DNA of 64,000 nucleotides. It comes from Haliotis rufescens. Lineage: Eukaryota. The stretch spans positions 558,001 to 622,000 of the forward strand of contig NW_025963783.1 in the NCBI RefSeq assembly GCF_023055435.1. Reading direction: 5' to 3'. A program made the translations under genes and the position numbers. The notes under the pieces are model-generated. The model saw nothing but the letters and a program-made list of their open reading frames with translations, did not search any database and had not been told where the DNA came from. Shown here one piece after another: positions 24,440 to 36,790 of this stretch (its first letter is position 1; each line of letters opens with the position of its first letter).

Positions 24440-25422
24440 GAATTAATGCAAAGGTATGTTTTTTTTACCAAATCTGAAACAATTTCGGTTTGCAACAGAT
24501 AAAAGACTCCTGTAAGTGTTCAAATGGTTTAATTTGACACACTGACATACAGAAAATGCGTGATGTCATGAAAAAACATGAACATGCCATAATGTCAGTC
24601 TACAAATCAATAGCGTGTGTGTCAACCTCTAGTTGCAATGCAAGCAACACATCTTCGTCTCAAGTCATGTGGGATATCTGTCCATATCTGGTGAAGCATG
24701 TTTCGAAGTTCCTTGAGTGTCTGTGGAACACATGGTTGACGTCGAAGGCGCCGATCCATCTCATCCCACATGTGCTCGATTGGTGAAAGATCAGGGGAGC
24801 GAGCCGTACAGGGGATGACATTCACGTTGTTTTGTTGAAGAGAATCCTGAACAAGTCGAGCAATATGAGGCCGGGCGTTTTCATGTTGAAAGGTAGTGCC
24901 TGGGCCATTACGACGCAAAAACGGTAGAACAACAGGGCCGATGATGTCGTCGCGGTAGCGCTGTCCATAGTCTCTGACTGCGTTCGTCTGTTGCCAATTT
25001 GCCACAAATACCAAATGGTGTTTCCGTGGACATTAAATTGTCTTGCAACATCACGTTGACTCGATCCTGCTTCAAGCATACCAATGGCTCGCAGACGCTC
25101 ATTTTCGGACATGCGTGGCATTTCGTAATGTTGAATAATTGTGTAATTTTGTTGTTTTTCTGAGTGGTTGTTGTCAGCATGATATTGAACAATGCATATG
25201 AAATCCCGTTGACGCACATGTTTTTATACCCATTCTTGGGTAGTGAAATGCATAGGGGTTGCATAAAAGTCAACTTTTGCATGGAATACATGCTTTTCTG
25301 TAGCAGTTGCGTTTATGTGACTTGATTCCATACATGTACTACAATCTTGAAAAACAAACTTCACTTATTTCCAAAAATACAATGAAGTATTGGTGTCACA
25401 GGAACTGCTGTTATTAAGTATA
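24440..25422 (-). mobile_element. Tc1/mariner transposon, internally deleted; ends approximate
   Basis: MPRMSENERLRAIGMLEAG N-terminus; FQHENARPH and RSPDLSPIEHMWDE. Confidence 0.85.
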
Positions 25423-25839
25423 AAACGCATAAATTAATTGAGCATCATCACCGTATCAACAATCGAGGTCAGTTGATCCCCACAATGAAATCATCTACCA
25501 AAGTCAATCGAATCCTATCACCAAATCAACTTAGTCATAGGCACCTGAGTAAAATGTATTTTCTCAGAAAAGAAATACATCGGTTCAAAAAATGCATACC
25601 ACGTGGAGTTTGTTTTTTACATATATATACACGCTGAAGAGAGAGCGGGCACACACAGCGACAACAACTAAAATATTGGTGTCACAGTAACCCTGCACAA
25701 AAATGTTTGACAAGAGGGATTACTTCATTTTCAAAAAGTATACTTTCCCGCACCTACCTTGGGTACTCACACATCACAACTTTTGAGGTACAATCGATAG
25801 CATGCTCTATCTATAAACCGACAACACTCCCAGTCAGTC

Positions 25840-28800
25840 GCCGGTCTACACCCGTCAGCCCTCTCAGTTTCATCATCCGACCCTCTCCGGCCACACCGTC
25901 CAATTCACTCAGCCTACACCATCCAACCCTCTCAGTTCACACCTCCAACCCTCTCAGTCTACACCGTCCAACTCTCAGTCGACACCCTCCAACCCTTTCA
26001 GTCCACACCGTCCAAGCCTCTCACTCTACACCGTCAAACCCGCTCAGTCTACAACATCCAACCTTCCCAGTCTACACCGCCCAAGCCTCTCAGTCTACAC
26101 CGCCCAACCCTCTCAGTCTACACCCTCCAACCCTCTCAGTATACACCGTCCAACCCCTCAGTCTGCACCGTCCAACCCGCTCAGTCGACACCCTCCGACC
26201 CTTTCACTCTACACCGTCCAACCCGCTCAGTCTACAACCTCCAACCTTCCCAGTCTACACCACCCAAGCCTCTCAGTCTACACCGCTCAACCCTCTCAGT
26301 CGACACCCTCCAACCCCCTCAGTCTTCACCGTCCAACCCTCTCAGCCTACACTGTACAACCCTCTCAGCCTACACCGTCCAACGCTCTCAGTCTACGCCC
26401 TCCAACCCTCTCAATCTACACCGTCCAACCCTCTCAGTCCTCACCGTCCAACGCTCTCAGTGTACGCCCTCCAACCCTCTCAGTCTACACTGTCCAACCC
26501 GCTCAGTCTACACCCTCCATTCCTCTCAGCCTACACCCTCCAACCCTCTCAGCCTACACCGTCCAACGCTCTCAGTCTACACCGTCCAACCTCAAAGTCT
26601 ACACCGTCCAACCCTCTCAGTCTTCACCATCCAACCCTCTAAGCCTACACCATCCAAACCTCTCAGCCTACACCCTCCAACCCTCTCAGCCTACACCGTC
26701 CAACCCGCTCAGTCTACAACCTCCTACCTTCCCAGTCTACACCGCCCAAGCCTCTCAGTCTACACCGCCCAACCCTCTCAGTCGACACCCTCCAACCCTC
26801 TCAGTCTACACCGTCCAACCTCTCAGTCTGCACCGTCCAACCCGCTCAGTCGACACCCTCCAACGCTCTCAGTCTACACCATCCAAGCCTCTCAGCCTAC
26901 ACCGTCAAACCCTTTCAGTCTACACCCTTCATCCCGCTCAATCTACTACGTCCAACACTTTCCGTCTACGCCGTCCAACCCTCTCCGTCTACGCCGTCCA
27001 GCCCTCTCAGTCTACACCGTCCAACCCTCTCAGCCTAAACCCTCCAACCCTCTCAGCCTACACCGTCCAACCTCGCAATCTACACCGTCCACTCCACTCA
27101 GTCTACAACCTCCAACCCTCCTAGTCTACACCGTCCAAGCCTCTTAGCCTACACCGTCCAACCCTCCCATTCTACACCCTCCAACCCTCTCAGTCCACAC
27201 CGTCCAACCCTCTCAGTCCTCACCGTCCAACGCTCTCAGTGTACGCCCTCCAACCCTCTCAGTCTACACTGTCCAACCCGCTCAGTCTACACCCTCCATT
27301 CCTCTCAGCCTACACCCTCCAACCCTCTCAGCCTACACCGTCCAACGCTCTCAGTCTACACCGTCCAACCTCAAAGTCTACACCGTCCAACCCTCTCAGT
27401 CTTCACCATCCAACCCTCTAAGCCTACACCATCCAAACCTCTCAGCCTACACCCTCCAACCCTCTCAGCCTACACCGTCCAACCCGCTCAGTCTACAACC
27501 TCCTACCTTCCCAGTCTACACCGCCCAAGCCTCTCAGTCTACACCGCCCAACCCTCTCAGTCGACACCCTCCAACCCTCTCAGTCTACACCGTCCAACCT
27601 CTCAGTCTGCACCGTCAAACCCTTTCAGTCTACACCCTTCATCCCGCTCAATCTACTACAACCAACACTTTCCGTCTACGCCGTCCAACCCTCTCCATCT
27701 ACGCCGTCCAGCCCTCTCAGTCTACACCGTCCAACCCTCTCAGCCTAAACCCTCCAACCCTCTCAGCCTACACCGTCCAACCTCGCAATCTACACCGTCC
27801 ACTCCACTCAGTCTACAACCTCCAACCCTCCCAGTCTACACCGTCCAAGCCTCTTAGCCTACACCGTCCAACCCTCCCATTCTACACCCTCCAACCCTCT
27901 CAGTCCACACCGTCCAACCCTCTCAGTCTACACCGTCCAACCCTTTCAGTCTACACCGTCCAACCCTCTCAGCCTACACCGTCCAACCCTTTAGTCTACA
28001 CTGCTCAACCCTCCCAGTCTACACAGTCCAACCCTTTATCCTACACCGTCCAACCCTCTAAGCCTACACTGTCCAACCCTCTCAGTCTTCACCGTCCAAC
28101 GCTCTCAGTCTACGCCCTCCAACCCTCTCACTCTACACCGTCCAACCCTCTCAGTCTTCACCGTCCAATGCTCTCAGTCTACGCCCTCCAACCCTCTCAG
28201 GCTACACCCTTCATTCCTCTCAGTCTGAACCGTCCAACCCGCTCAGTCGACACCCTCCAACCCTTTCAGTCCACACCGTCCAAGCCTCTCACTCTACACC
28301 GTCCAACCCGCTCAGTCTACAACCTCCAATCTTCCCAGTCTACACCGCCCAAGCTTCTCAGTCTTCACCGCCCAACCCTCTCAGTCGACACCCTCCAACC
28401 CTCTCAGTCTACACCGTCCAACCTCTCAGTCTGCACCGTCCAACCCGCTCAGTCGACACCCTCCAACCCTTTCAGTCCACACCATCCAAGCCTCTCACTC
28501 TACACCGTCAAACCCGCTCAGTCTACAACATCCAACCTTCCCAGTCTACACCGCCCAAGCCTCTCAGTCTTCACCGCCCAACCCTCTCAGTCGACACCCT
28601 CCAACCCTCTCAGTCTACACCGTCCAACCTCTCAGTCTGCACCGTCCAACCCGCTCAGTCGACACCCTCCAACGCTCTCAGTCTACACCATCCAAGCCTC
28701 TAAGCCTACACTGTCAAACCCTTTCAGTCTACACCCTTCATCCCGCTCAATCTACTACGTCCAACACTTTCCGTCTACGCCCTCCAACCCTCTCCTTCTA

Positions 28801-30700
28801 CGCCGTCCAGCCCTCTCAGTCTACATCGTCCAACCCTCTCAGCCTAAACCCTCCAACCCTCTCAGCCTACACCGTCCAACCTCGCAATCTACACCGTCCA
28901 CTCCACTCAGTCTACAACCTCCAACCCTCCCAGTCTACACCGTCCAAGCCTCTTAGCCTACACCGTCCAACCCTCCCATTCTACACCCTCCAACCCTCTC
29001 AGTCCACACCGTCAAACCCGCTCAGTCTACAACATCCAACCTTCCCAGTCTACACCGCCCAAGCCTCTCAGTCTACACCGCCCAACCCTCTCAGTCGACA
29101 CCCTCCAACCCTCTCAGTCTACACCATCCAAGCCTCTCAGCCTACACCGTCAAACCCTTTCAGTCTACACCCTTCATCCCGCTCAATCTACTACGTCCAA
29201 CACTTTCCGTCTACGCTGTCCAACCCTCTCCGTCTACGCCGTCCAGCCCTCTCAGTCTACACCGTCCAACCCTCTCAGCCTAAACCCTCCAACCCTCTCA
29301 GCCTACACCGTCCAACCTCGCAATCTACACCGTCCACTCCACTCAGTCTACAACCTCCAACCCTCCCAGTCTACACTGTCCAAGCCTGTTAGCCTACACC
29401 GTCCAACCCTCCAATTCTACACCCTCCAACCCTCTCAGTCCACACCGTCCAACCCTCTCAGTCTACACCGTCCAACCCTTTCAGTCTACACCGTCCAACC
29501 CTCTCAGCCTACACCGTCCAACCCTTTAGTCTACACTGCTCAACCCTCCCAGTCTACACAGTCCAACCCTTTATCCTACACCGTCCAACCCACTAAGCCT
29601 TCACTGTCCAACCCTCTCAGTCTTCACCGTCCAACGCTCTCAGTCTACGCCCTCCAACCCTCTCACTCTACACGGTCCAACCCTCTCAGTCTTCACCGTC
29701 CAATGCTCTCAGTCTACGCCCTCCAACCCTCTCAGGCTACACCCTTCATTCCTCTCAGTCTGAACCGTCCAACCCGCTCAGTCGACACCCTCCAACCCTT
29801 TCAGTCCACACCGTCCAAGCCTCTCACTCTACACCGTCCAACCCGCTCAGTCTACAACCTCCAATCTTCCCAGTCTACACCGCCCAAGCTTCTCAGTCTT
29901 CACCGCCCAACCCTCTCAGTCGACACCCTCCAACCCTCTCAGTCTACACCGTCCAACCTCTCAGTCTGCACCGTCCAACCCGCTCAGTCCACACCATCTA
30001 ACCCTTTCAGTCCACACCGTCCAAGCCTCTCACTCTACACCGTCAAACCCGCTCAGTCTACAACATCCAACCTTCCCAGTCTACACCGCCCAAGCCTCTC
30101 AGTCTACACCGCCCAACCCTCTCAGTCGACACCCTCCAACCCTCTCAGTCTACACCGTCCAACCTCTCAGTCTGCACCGTCCAACCCGCTCAGTCGACAC
30201 CCTCCAACGCTCCCAGTCTACACCATCCAAGCCTCTCAGCCTACACCGTCAAACCCTTTCAGTCTACACCCTTCATCCCGCTCAATCTACTACGTCCAAC
30301 CCTTTCCGTCTATGCCGTCCAACCCTCTCCGTCTACGCCGTCCAGCCCTCTCAGTCTACACCTTCCAACCCTCTCAGCCTAAACCCTCCAACCCTCTCAG
30401 CCTACACCGTCCAACCTCGCAATCTACACCGTCCACTCCGCTCAGTCTACAACCTCCAACCCTCCAAGTCTACACCGTCCAAGCCTCTTAGCCTACACCG
30501 TCCAACACTCTCAGTCGACACCCTCCATCGTCTCAGTCTACACCGTCCAACCCTCTCAGTCTACACCGTCCAACCCTCCAAGTCTACAGCGTCCAACCCT
30601 CTCAGTCTACACCCTCCAACCCTCTTATTCTACACCGTCCTACCCTCTAAGTCTACACCCTCCAACTCTCTCAGTCTACACCCTCCAACCCTCTCAACCG
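25840..30700. repeat. 23-bp satellite array (consensus CAGTCTACACCGTCCAACCCTCT) with higher-order repeats
   Basis: About 4.9 kb of tandem monomers; variant blocks recur at 779 bp (26460/27239) and 1535 bp (28168/29703). Confidence 0.97.
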
Positions 30701-32202
30701 ACCACTTAGGTGCTCTTATTTTACGAATAATGACAGTAGTGCTACCCTGTGTCAGATACCAGTCTGCAGTTGGGTGTCAGGTGACAGTTTTAGTTTTATA
30801 GTTCTCTTTAGGGGTACGTATATGTAGCCAACAAGCAACAATGCTTTACTTTACATGTCCTATCTTTAGCTGTGGGGTATCTGCGAATCATAAAGACAAC
30901 ATCTACTTTTATAAATATGGGAATGGTGCAGTGTAAACGACAGGATGGTAAGTCATTAAAAAGGAAAAGTGCGGAAGAAACGCCCAACATATAGAGTCTG
31001 TCGATGAGCATAATATACCAATAATTTTGAAGGAAACAATCATTTTCTTCATAAAGACAAATGTCGGTTTGGTGAGTCTCGCCCAGCTACGTGCGTGTGT
31101 GGTTTGTTGTGAATTAAGGCTCATGTTACACGTAGCTGTAAGGGCTCTACACACGACACCTATAAGGTCGAGGATCAATGGGTTTACCTCAAACACTGAT
31201 AGTTGATAGGCATGCTGTGTGCAGGCTTTTCTTGAAGCTGTTTGTTGAGAAGACAGACATGTGAACACTTGCCACATGGGAGTACTAACTTAAATTGATT
31301 TTTTATTGAAAAACAGCATGACACACACATAATATTGTACACAGACTTCAGGTCATCATGACCTATCATGTTGCATTTATTGTTTTCATGATCATTCAGA
31401 CCGCAATACACATACTTGTATTACCTTGGAATATCAGTATATGATAATTATATGAAAACTGAACTGAAATGCGGTCATTTCGGTTATTATTGATCTGGTT
31501 TTGAGGTTTCATTACGCCTACGGTTGTGACATAAACAGAAATTCGTATACATTCAATCGTAAATCATTATTGTAGGAGTGGTTGGTGGACACGGGATTGC
31601 TACATGGCGGAACAGCAGTAGTTGACTCGTGGGTCACCGGCTAGCCATACAGTTTGTCTAGACTTCTTTTCTCTTATGTTTTTTTTTAAAAAATGAACGG
31701 TGTAATTTCAGATCAGAAAGAATTCCCCATGGTACAATAAATAAAATATAATTTTTGATCCGTATGATATTTCAACAGAACACCACGTATACTTGACATG
31801 GTATCACAGTAGTTGAGAGAACAATACTGCCAATATCCATCGCATTGACCTCTGCATCTCAGTGCTAGAATACGTGTTGTAGATTGCATATGTAGGAACA
31901 CCATACCCTTGCCGGTGGGTTTCACCGAAATGGTAAAAGTATGCATCACTTCGGTCTCTCCTCCAAAACCAAACCGACTTCTTACAGGTGTTATATGCAT
32001 TGTTATTTTGTACGCATACCTATTGTGTATTTAGTTACATTATCACAACATTTTTAATATCAATTCGTTTGAACTATAGTGCCGGTCATTAATAAGTTTA
32101 AACTATGTTAAAATCGTTTACGTCACATGGTAATTCCAACACTATATATCTTCTCCCTGTAAATAGCCTTCATTGAGAATGAGGCCAGCGAATACATACG
32201 TA

Positions 32203-33699
32203 TACTCACACGCAAAAGAAACGCAAAGACGGAACCATAAACTGATACGAGTTTTAGCATGAAGTGAAGCCTGATGGTGTTATCAATATTTTTGGTTGCA
32301 TTTTGGAAGCCCCCAGTAAAAACGCAACATAAAAAAAGAATCGCCAAAACGCACCATTTCAATGAATATGTAGGTATCATGCACCCATTTCTCCCGAAGT
32401 CGAAAATGCACGAACTGTCACGAACTGTAGTTGCTATAAAACTGGGCCGATTCTTGGACCTACCACTCCTTGGTCAACAATGCCACGCTTAACACAAATG
32501 CAGAGAAACAAAGCTATCGGACGTTTGGAAGCTGGAGGGTCTGTCCAAGATGTTGCCCGTCATTTCAACGTTAACATAACCACAATTTACCGTCTCCTGC
32601 ATCGATACAATGCCTAGACCACAGATGACCTTCCTCGGAGCGGCCGTCCTAGGATCACCACACCTCGGCAAGATCGGCAGATTACCCGTCAACACCAGCG
32701 ACATCAGTTCATAACTGCAAGTGAAAGTGCAGACCATAGGAACACATAATCGTCACATTAGCTGGGACACTGTGATCAGACGTCTGCGTTCCAACAACCG
32801 CAGATGTCGCCGACCAGCACGTCATCCTGTTCTCCAACCACGGCATCGACAAGCAGGACTTCTGTGGGCACAGGGTCATCACAATTGGCGTCATCGTGAG
32901 TGAAGGCGTGTCATCACCTCTGATGAAAGTCGCTTTTGTGTCTCATATGCAGACGGAAGTCAGAATTTGGCGGCGTCGAGGTGATCATTTCGCTGACAGA
33001 AACGTTGTTGAAAGGGGTCCATAGAGTGGACCTAGCGTCATGATATGGGCAGGGATTGGACTTAATGCGAGACTTGGACCCATGTGCTTTCTGAATGTTG
33101 GTCAAGGTCGGGGACACGGCGTCACTGCTCAGCGGTATATCGACCACGTGATCATTTTTCCATTTTTTGCACATCAACAACACATTTTCCAGCAGGACAA
33201 CGCTCGTCGCCAAGTTGCCTGAGCTACCATGGCCTTTCTGCAACAACACAACATCCGTTATCTACCATGACCAGCCCTCAGCCCTGACCTGAACCCCATC
33301 GAACACTTGTGGGATGAGGTTCAAAGGCGTCTGCACAATGTGCGCCCAGTCCCTACAACTGCCGATGAACTACGCACAGCTGCTCTGGATGTGTGCAGGA
33401 GGATCCCTAGGGACTTCACAAATCGTCGGATCCACTCAATGTACAGGAAATGTGTGGCAGTGATCAATGCTAATGGTGGTCACACCAGGTATTGACTGAC
33501 ATTTTTGGTATTGACCCGAAACTGTGTAAGCCCTTAACATTCGAAAAAACAATTAAGTCATCTGCCTTTTAATCCATTAAACTGTCTTAAGTCAAATTTT
33601 AATGTCAATCTTGCCCTATAAGTATTTCTTGTCTTTACTGTTGAAAATAAATAACATGTATACTGCATACTCGACTTGCGTTTCTTTTGTGTGTGAGTC
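32203..33699 (+). mobile_element. Tc1/mariner transposon with both TIRs; transposase 32480-33495 degenerate
   Basis: TIRs tactcacacgcaaaagaaacgcaa / ttgcgtttcttttgtgtgtgagtc with TA; SDES, QQDNAR, SPDLNPIEHLWDE, GGHTRY. Confidence 0.93.
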
Positions 33700-34493
33700 T
33701 ATTTTCTGTGTTTGTTTAGAAGTAGTTATGTTGAATAGGCATAACATGACGTGATCATATCGCTCAGTACACTGAGACGTGCGTCTTATCGGTGCACTGA
33801 CATAGTTACACTTACATGTATCAACATGATTCGATCAGTGGCTCCCCACAGTGGGCCTTTTATTTGTTGTTTGTCAAGTTTAAACATGTTTCAATTGGTG
33901 TACACAAAGTTATACGGTCTGCATTTCTCTATGAGAACGCTTGTTTCAGGTAAGACATTTATGATATACGATCTATGACTTGTTTGGCATTGCTATGCGT
34001 ATATAGGTCTCAGCGGGAACAGATTGTTAAGCATCCGTTTCTCTCAGGAGTGTACACTACTTTTATGTGGACCTACTTAAATGTTAGATATATAAATATA
34101 CAAGTGGTGAACAGCTGTAGTGAAAACAGAGCGGGGTAGTTGATCTACGTATAGACACGGGTATCGGAACATATGTACACCCTACATCCTTCAGTGCCGT
34201 GAGATCATTCATATGAAGGTCACATGGTGAGATACATCAGCGAAGTCAACAAATAAAAAAGACAAAACCCTTTCCATATTCATAAGAAATCTCTGCTAAA
34301 CTCAAATCCTTGCGACATTGGGTCAGATACCATTAATGAATATGTTGATTAGTAAAGACAATCTAGCTTTTTAATGTAAACTGTATTAACATTCCAATAC
34401 AAGCAGCAAATCTCCGACACACACGTAGGTGCATGCACGTCGCTGTGTATATGAAATAATCTTCAACGTGACGTTAAACCCCACTTCACTTAA

Positions 34494-34710
34494 GACCGCC
34501 TCCCTGGTCTGATGGAAGAGCGTCCGACCGGAGAGTTGTTTTTACCCTGCCTGGCTTAACAAGGTCTAGTCGGCTTAGGAGTCTGAGTGAGGTATTCATG
34601 TTAAACTGCGGAGTGATATCTCTGTGGGCTAGCACGAAAATATCGCATTCGTCCGGACAAGTACCAGCAGCCACACATAACTAAGTGCAATATTCACTTC
34701 ACCTCACCTC
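34494..34710 (+). mobile_element. SINE family C, internally deleted
   Basis: gaccgcctccctggtctg head, gtcggct...ggtattcatgttaaactgcgg...gggctagcac...agcagccacacat. Confidence 0.65.
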
Positions 34711-36790
34711 AATGCACGCATCACAATAAGGAGATAAACCTACTTTGTTTTTTGCTAAAGCGCTCGGTTCAAAATTATAATAAAGAGGTATCTATTCCAC
34801 AGTGGGACTACATCAAATTTCAAAACACAGTAGGTTTATCTCCATTCTACCATGACGGTAGACTAACATTTAGTCTCTGAAATCTTATATTACACAATGT
34901 CCTTCTTGACTCTAAAAATAAAAAAATCCCTATGCTGTGGAATAGAGCTAGCTTGAGCTGGCTAGACTTGCTTTTGTATGCATTTCTAGATTATTATTTT
35001 TTCCAAAAAAAATATATATATTCCACGGTCATGGTGCAGGACTACCATGACGGCAACAACGCTTTGAACAGGGTGCTCTCTTGCAACGCGTAATAACACA
35101 GGTGCACATGTCCGCGATCTTAGAACATTCCGAAAAGTGGTCACAGGTAGTTATATATGTAACAAATATTACAAAAGTTCAAGATTAAAAAACACCAAAG
35201 TCGTGAGTAGTTCATAATAAGTGTTCAAAACACATAGTTTTTCAAACGAAGTTGACAAATAACACTCCTAACAAAATCCAAAGAGAGATGTTTTAACTTC
35301 TATCAAACTGTTGCACACTGTTGAACACTGTGGACTTGGCTGTCGTTTCTCGGAAATTTGTGAGAGAGGTATTTCTTGGAAATCGAACATGCCATCATTT
35401 CTATGGTAGGGGTGACGGGTACTAGAAAAAAGGTTTTAAAATGCTAAACGAATATATTTCTACAGCAAACTTTATGAATTAACATTCTAATATACACTTA
35501 ATATGTCTAGAAGTTATTAGTTAGATAGCAATTACCCCAAGTAAGCAATAATAACATCAAAGTAAATGCCTCTCTACCCCGAACTTGGATGTGGCAGAAC
35601 TTTACCTAAATCACGGTTACTCACACCTCACAGCTGTCAATGGCTGACAATCATGTGTTTACATTAACTTGATCTAGTTAAAAGAAGCAAGATGACAACC
35701 CCGATCTATGATGTGGTTCAACATTTACCTAGAGATTTACTGGGCTTGATCGAGCCTGCTGGTACATCCATATGATTACTAATGGAACTGAGTATGACTG
35801 AACAGCCGCTGTTTAGGCTGCAGACGAGCCGGATATTTTGAAACGAGGAATCTGCATGGTGTGACCGGTCAATTTCAAGATTTCACGGATCCAACGCCAA
35901 ATAGTGACAGAACTTAGACATTTCTGGTCCGGAAATAGAAGGTCGTGTATAATTTCCATAATTGTGCGTGTTCTGAAATGAATTTCATCAAGTTTGATAA
36001 GCTGTCACTTCAGTTGGGACATTGTTTTCGTGGACTTTCGAAAGGGAGTGTTTTCTGATGGACTTTCAAATTCCCTCCTGCCAAATTCTAATGGTGGTGG
36101 TTGACGGAGATGGCAATGGATATCGATCAGAAAAAATGTTTGTAAACACCATATTGTCACGAATAAAATGTCTTCAAACACAATTTATTATGTTATATTT
36201 CACTTTCATTGTCGGTTGTTTCAATATGAAAATACCTGTTCGTGGGTTTCAGAAAAAGTTACCAAACAAATGAATAATTAGTATTTTCTCAACAAAATTT
36301 ATCAGGTATCACTCTTTAACTTATTTTGAATGTGTGAATCTTTGAATTATGCCTCCCCACCCTGAAATGAGAACCGTCCTAACGTGTCCCGGTTGTCACT
36401 GTATCTGCACTGCACTCTCAGATATGGCTGCCAAAGAAATTGTTAACAGTAACAGTGCTGTTAAAGAATTACAGGAAACCAGAAGACAACCCAGTATTGA
36501 TGCACAGTGTGATGCTGTTCAACATTAACACGTTGACTAACTGTCCCTGCTAATGTGATGTTGTTTTTTTCAAACAATTTTTATAATGTTATATTTTACT
36601 TCATTGTCGGTTGTTTCAATGAGGAAATAGCTTAAATTGTTCCGATTCTGGTCACCATAGAACATTTATCTAACAGTTTCATAAACATTTCATTTGTATG
36701 CAAAAGATATGCCTTCGTTAAATCGTTTAATGTCATCATCGAAGCAGTCAGGGTTGCGGCCTAGAACGCCCCAAACATCCGATATCAAAC

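Noticed and set aside
25707-30491. Long Pro/Ser/Thr-rich ORFs in the satellite; also considered a CRISPR-like array
   Set aside because: The monomer lacks stops on the + strand and 22-bp variants shift frame freely; there are no unique spacers and the context is eukaryotic
34800-35050. Inverted similarity to about 55625-55850
   Set aside because: Loosely similar copies of a dispersed repeat, too diverged to imply a structural inverted repeat
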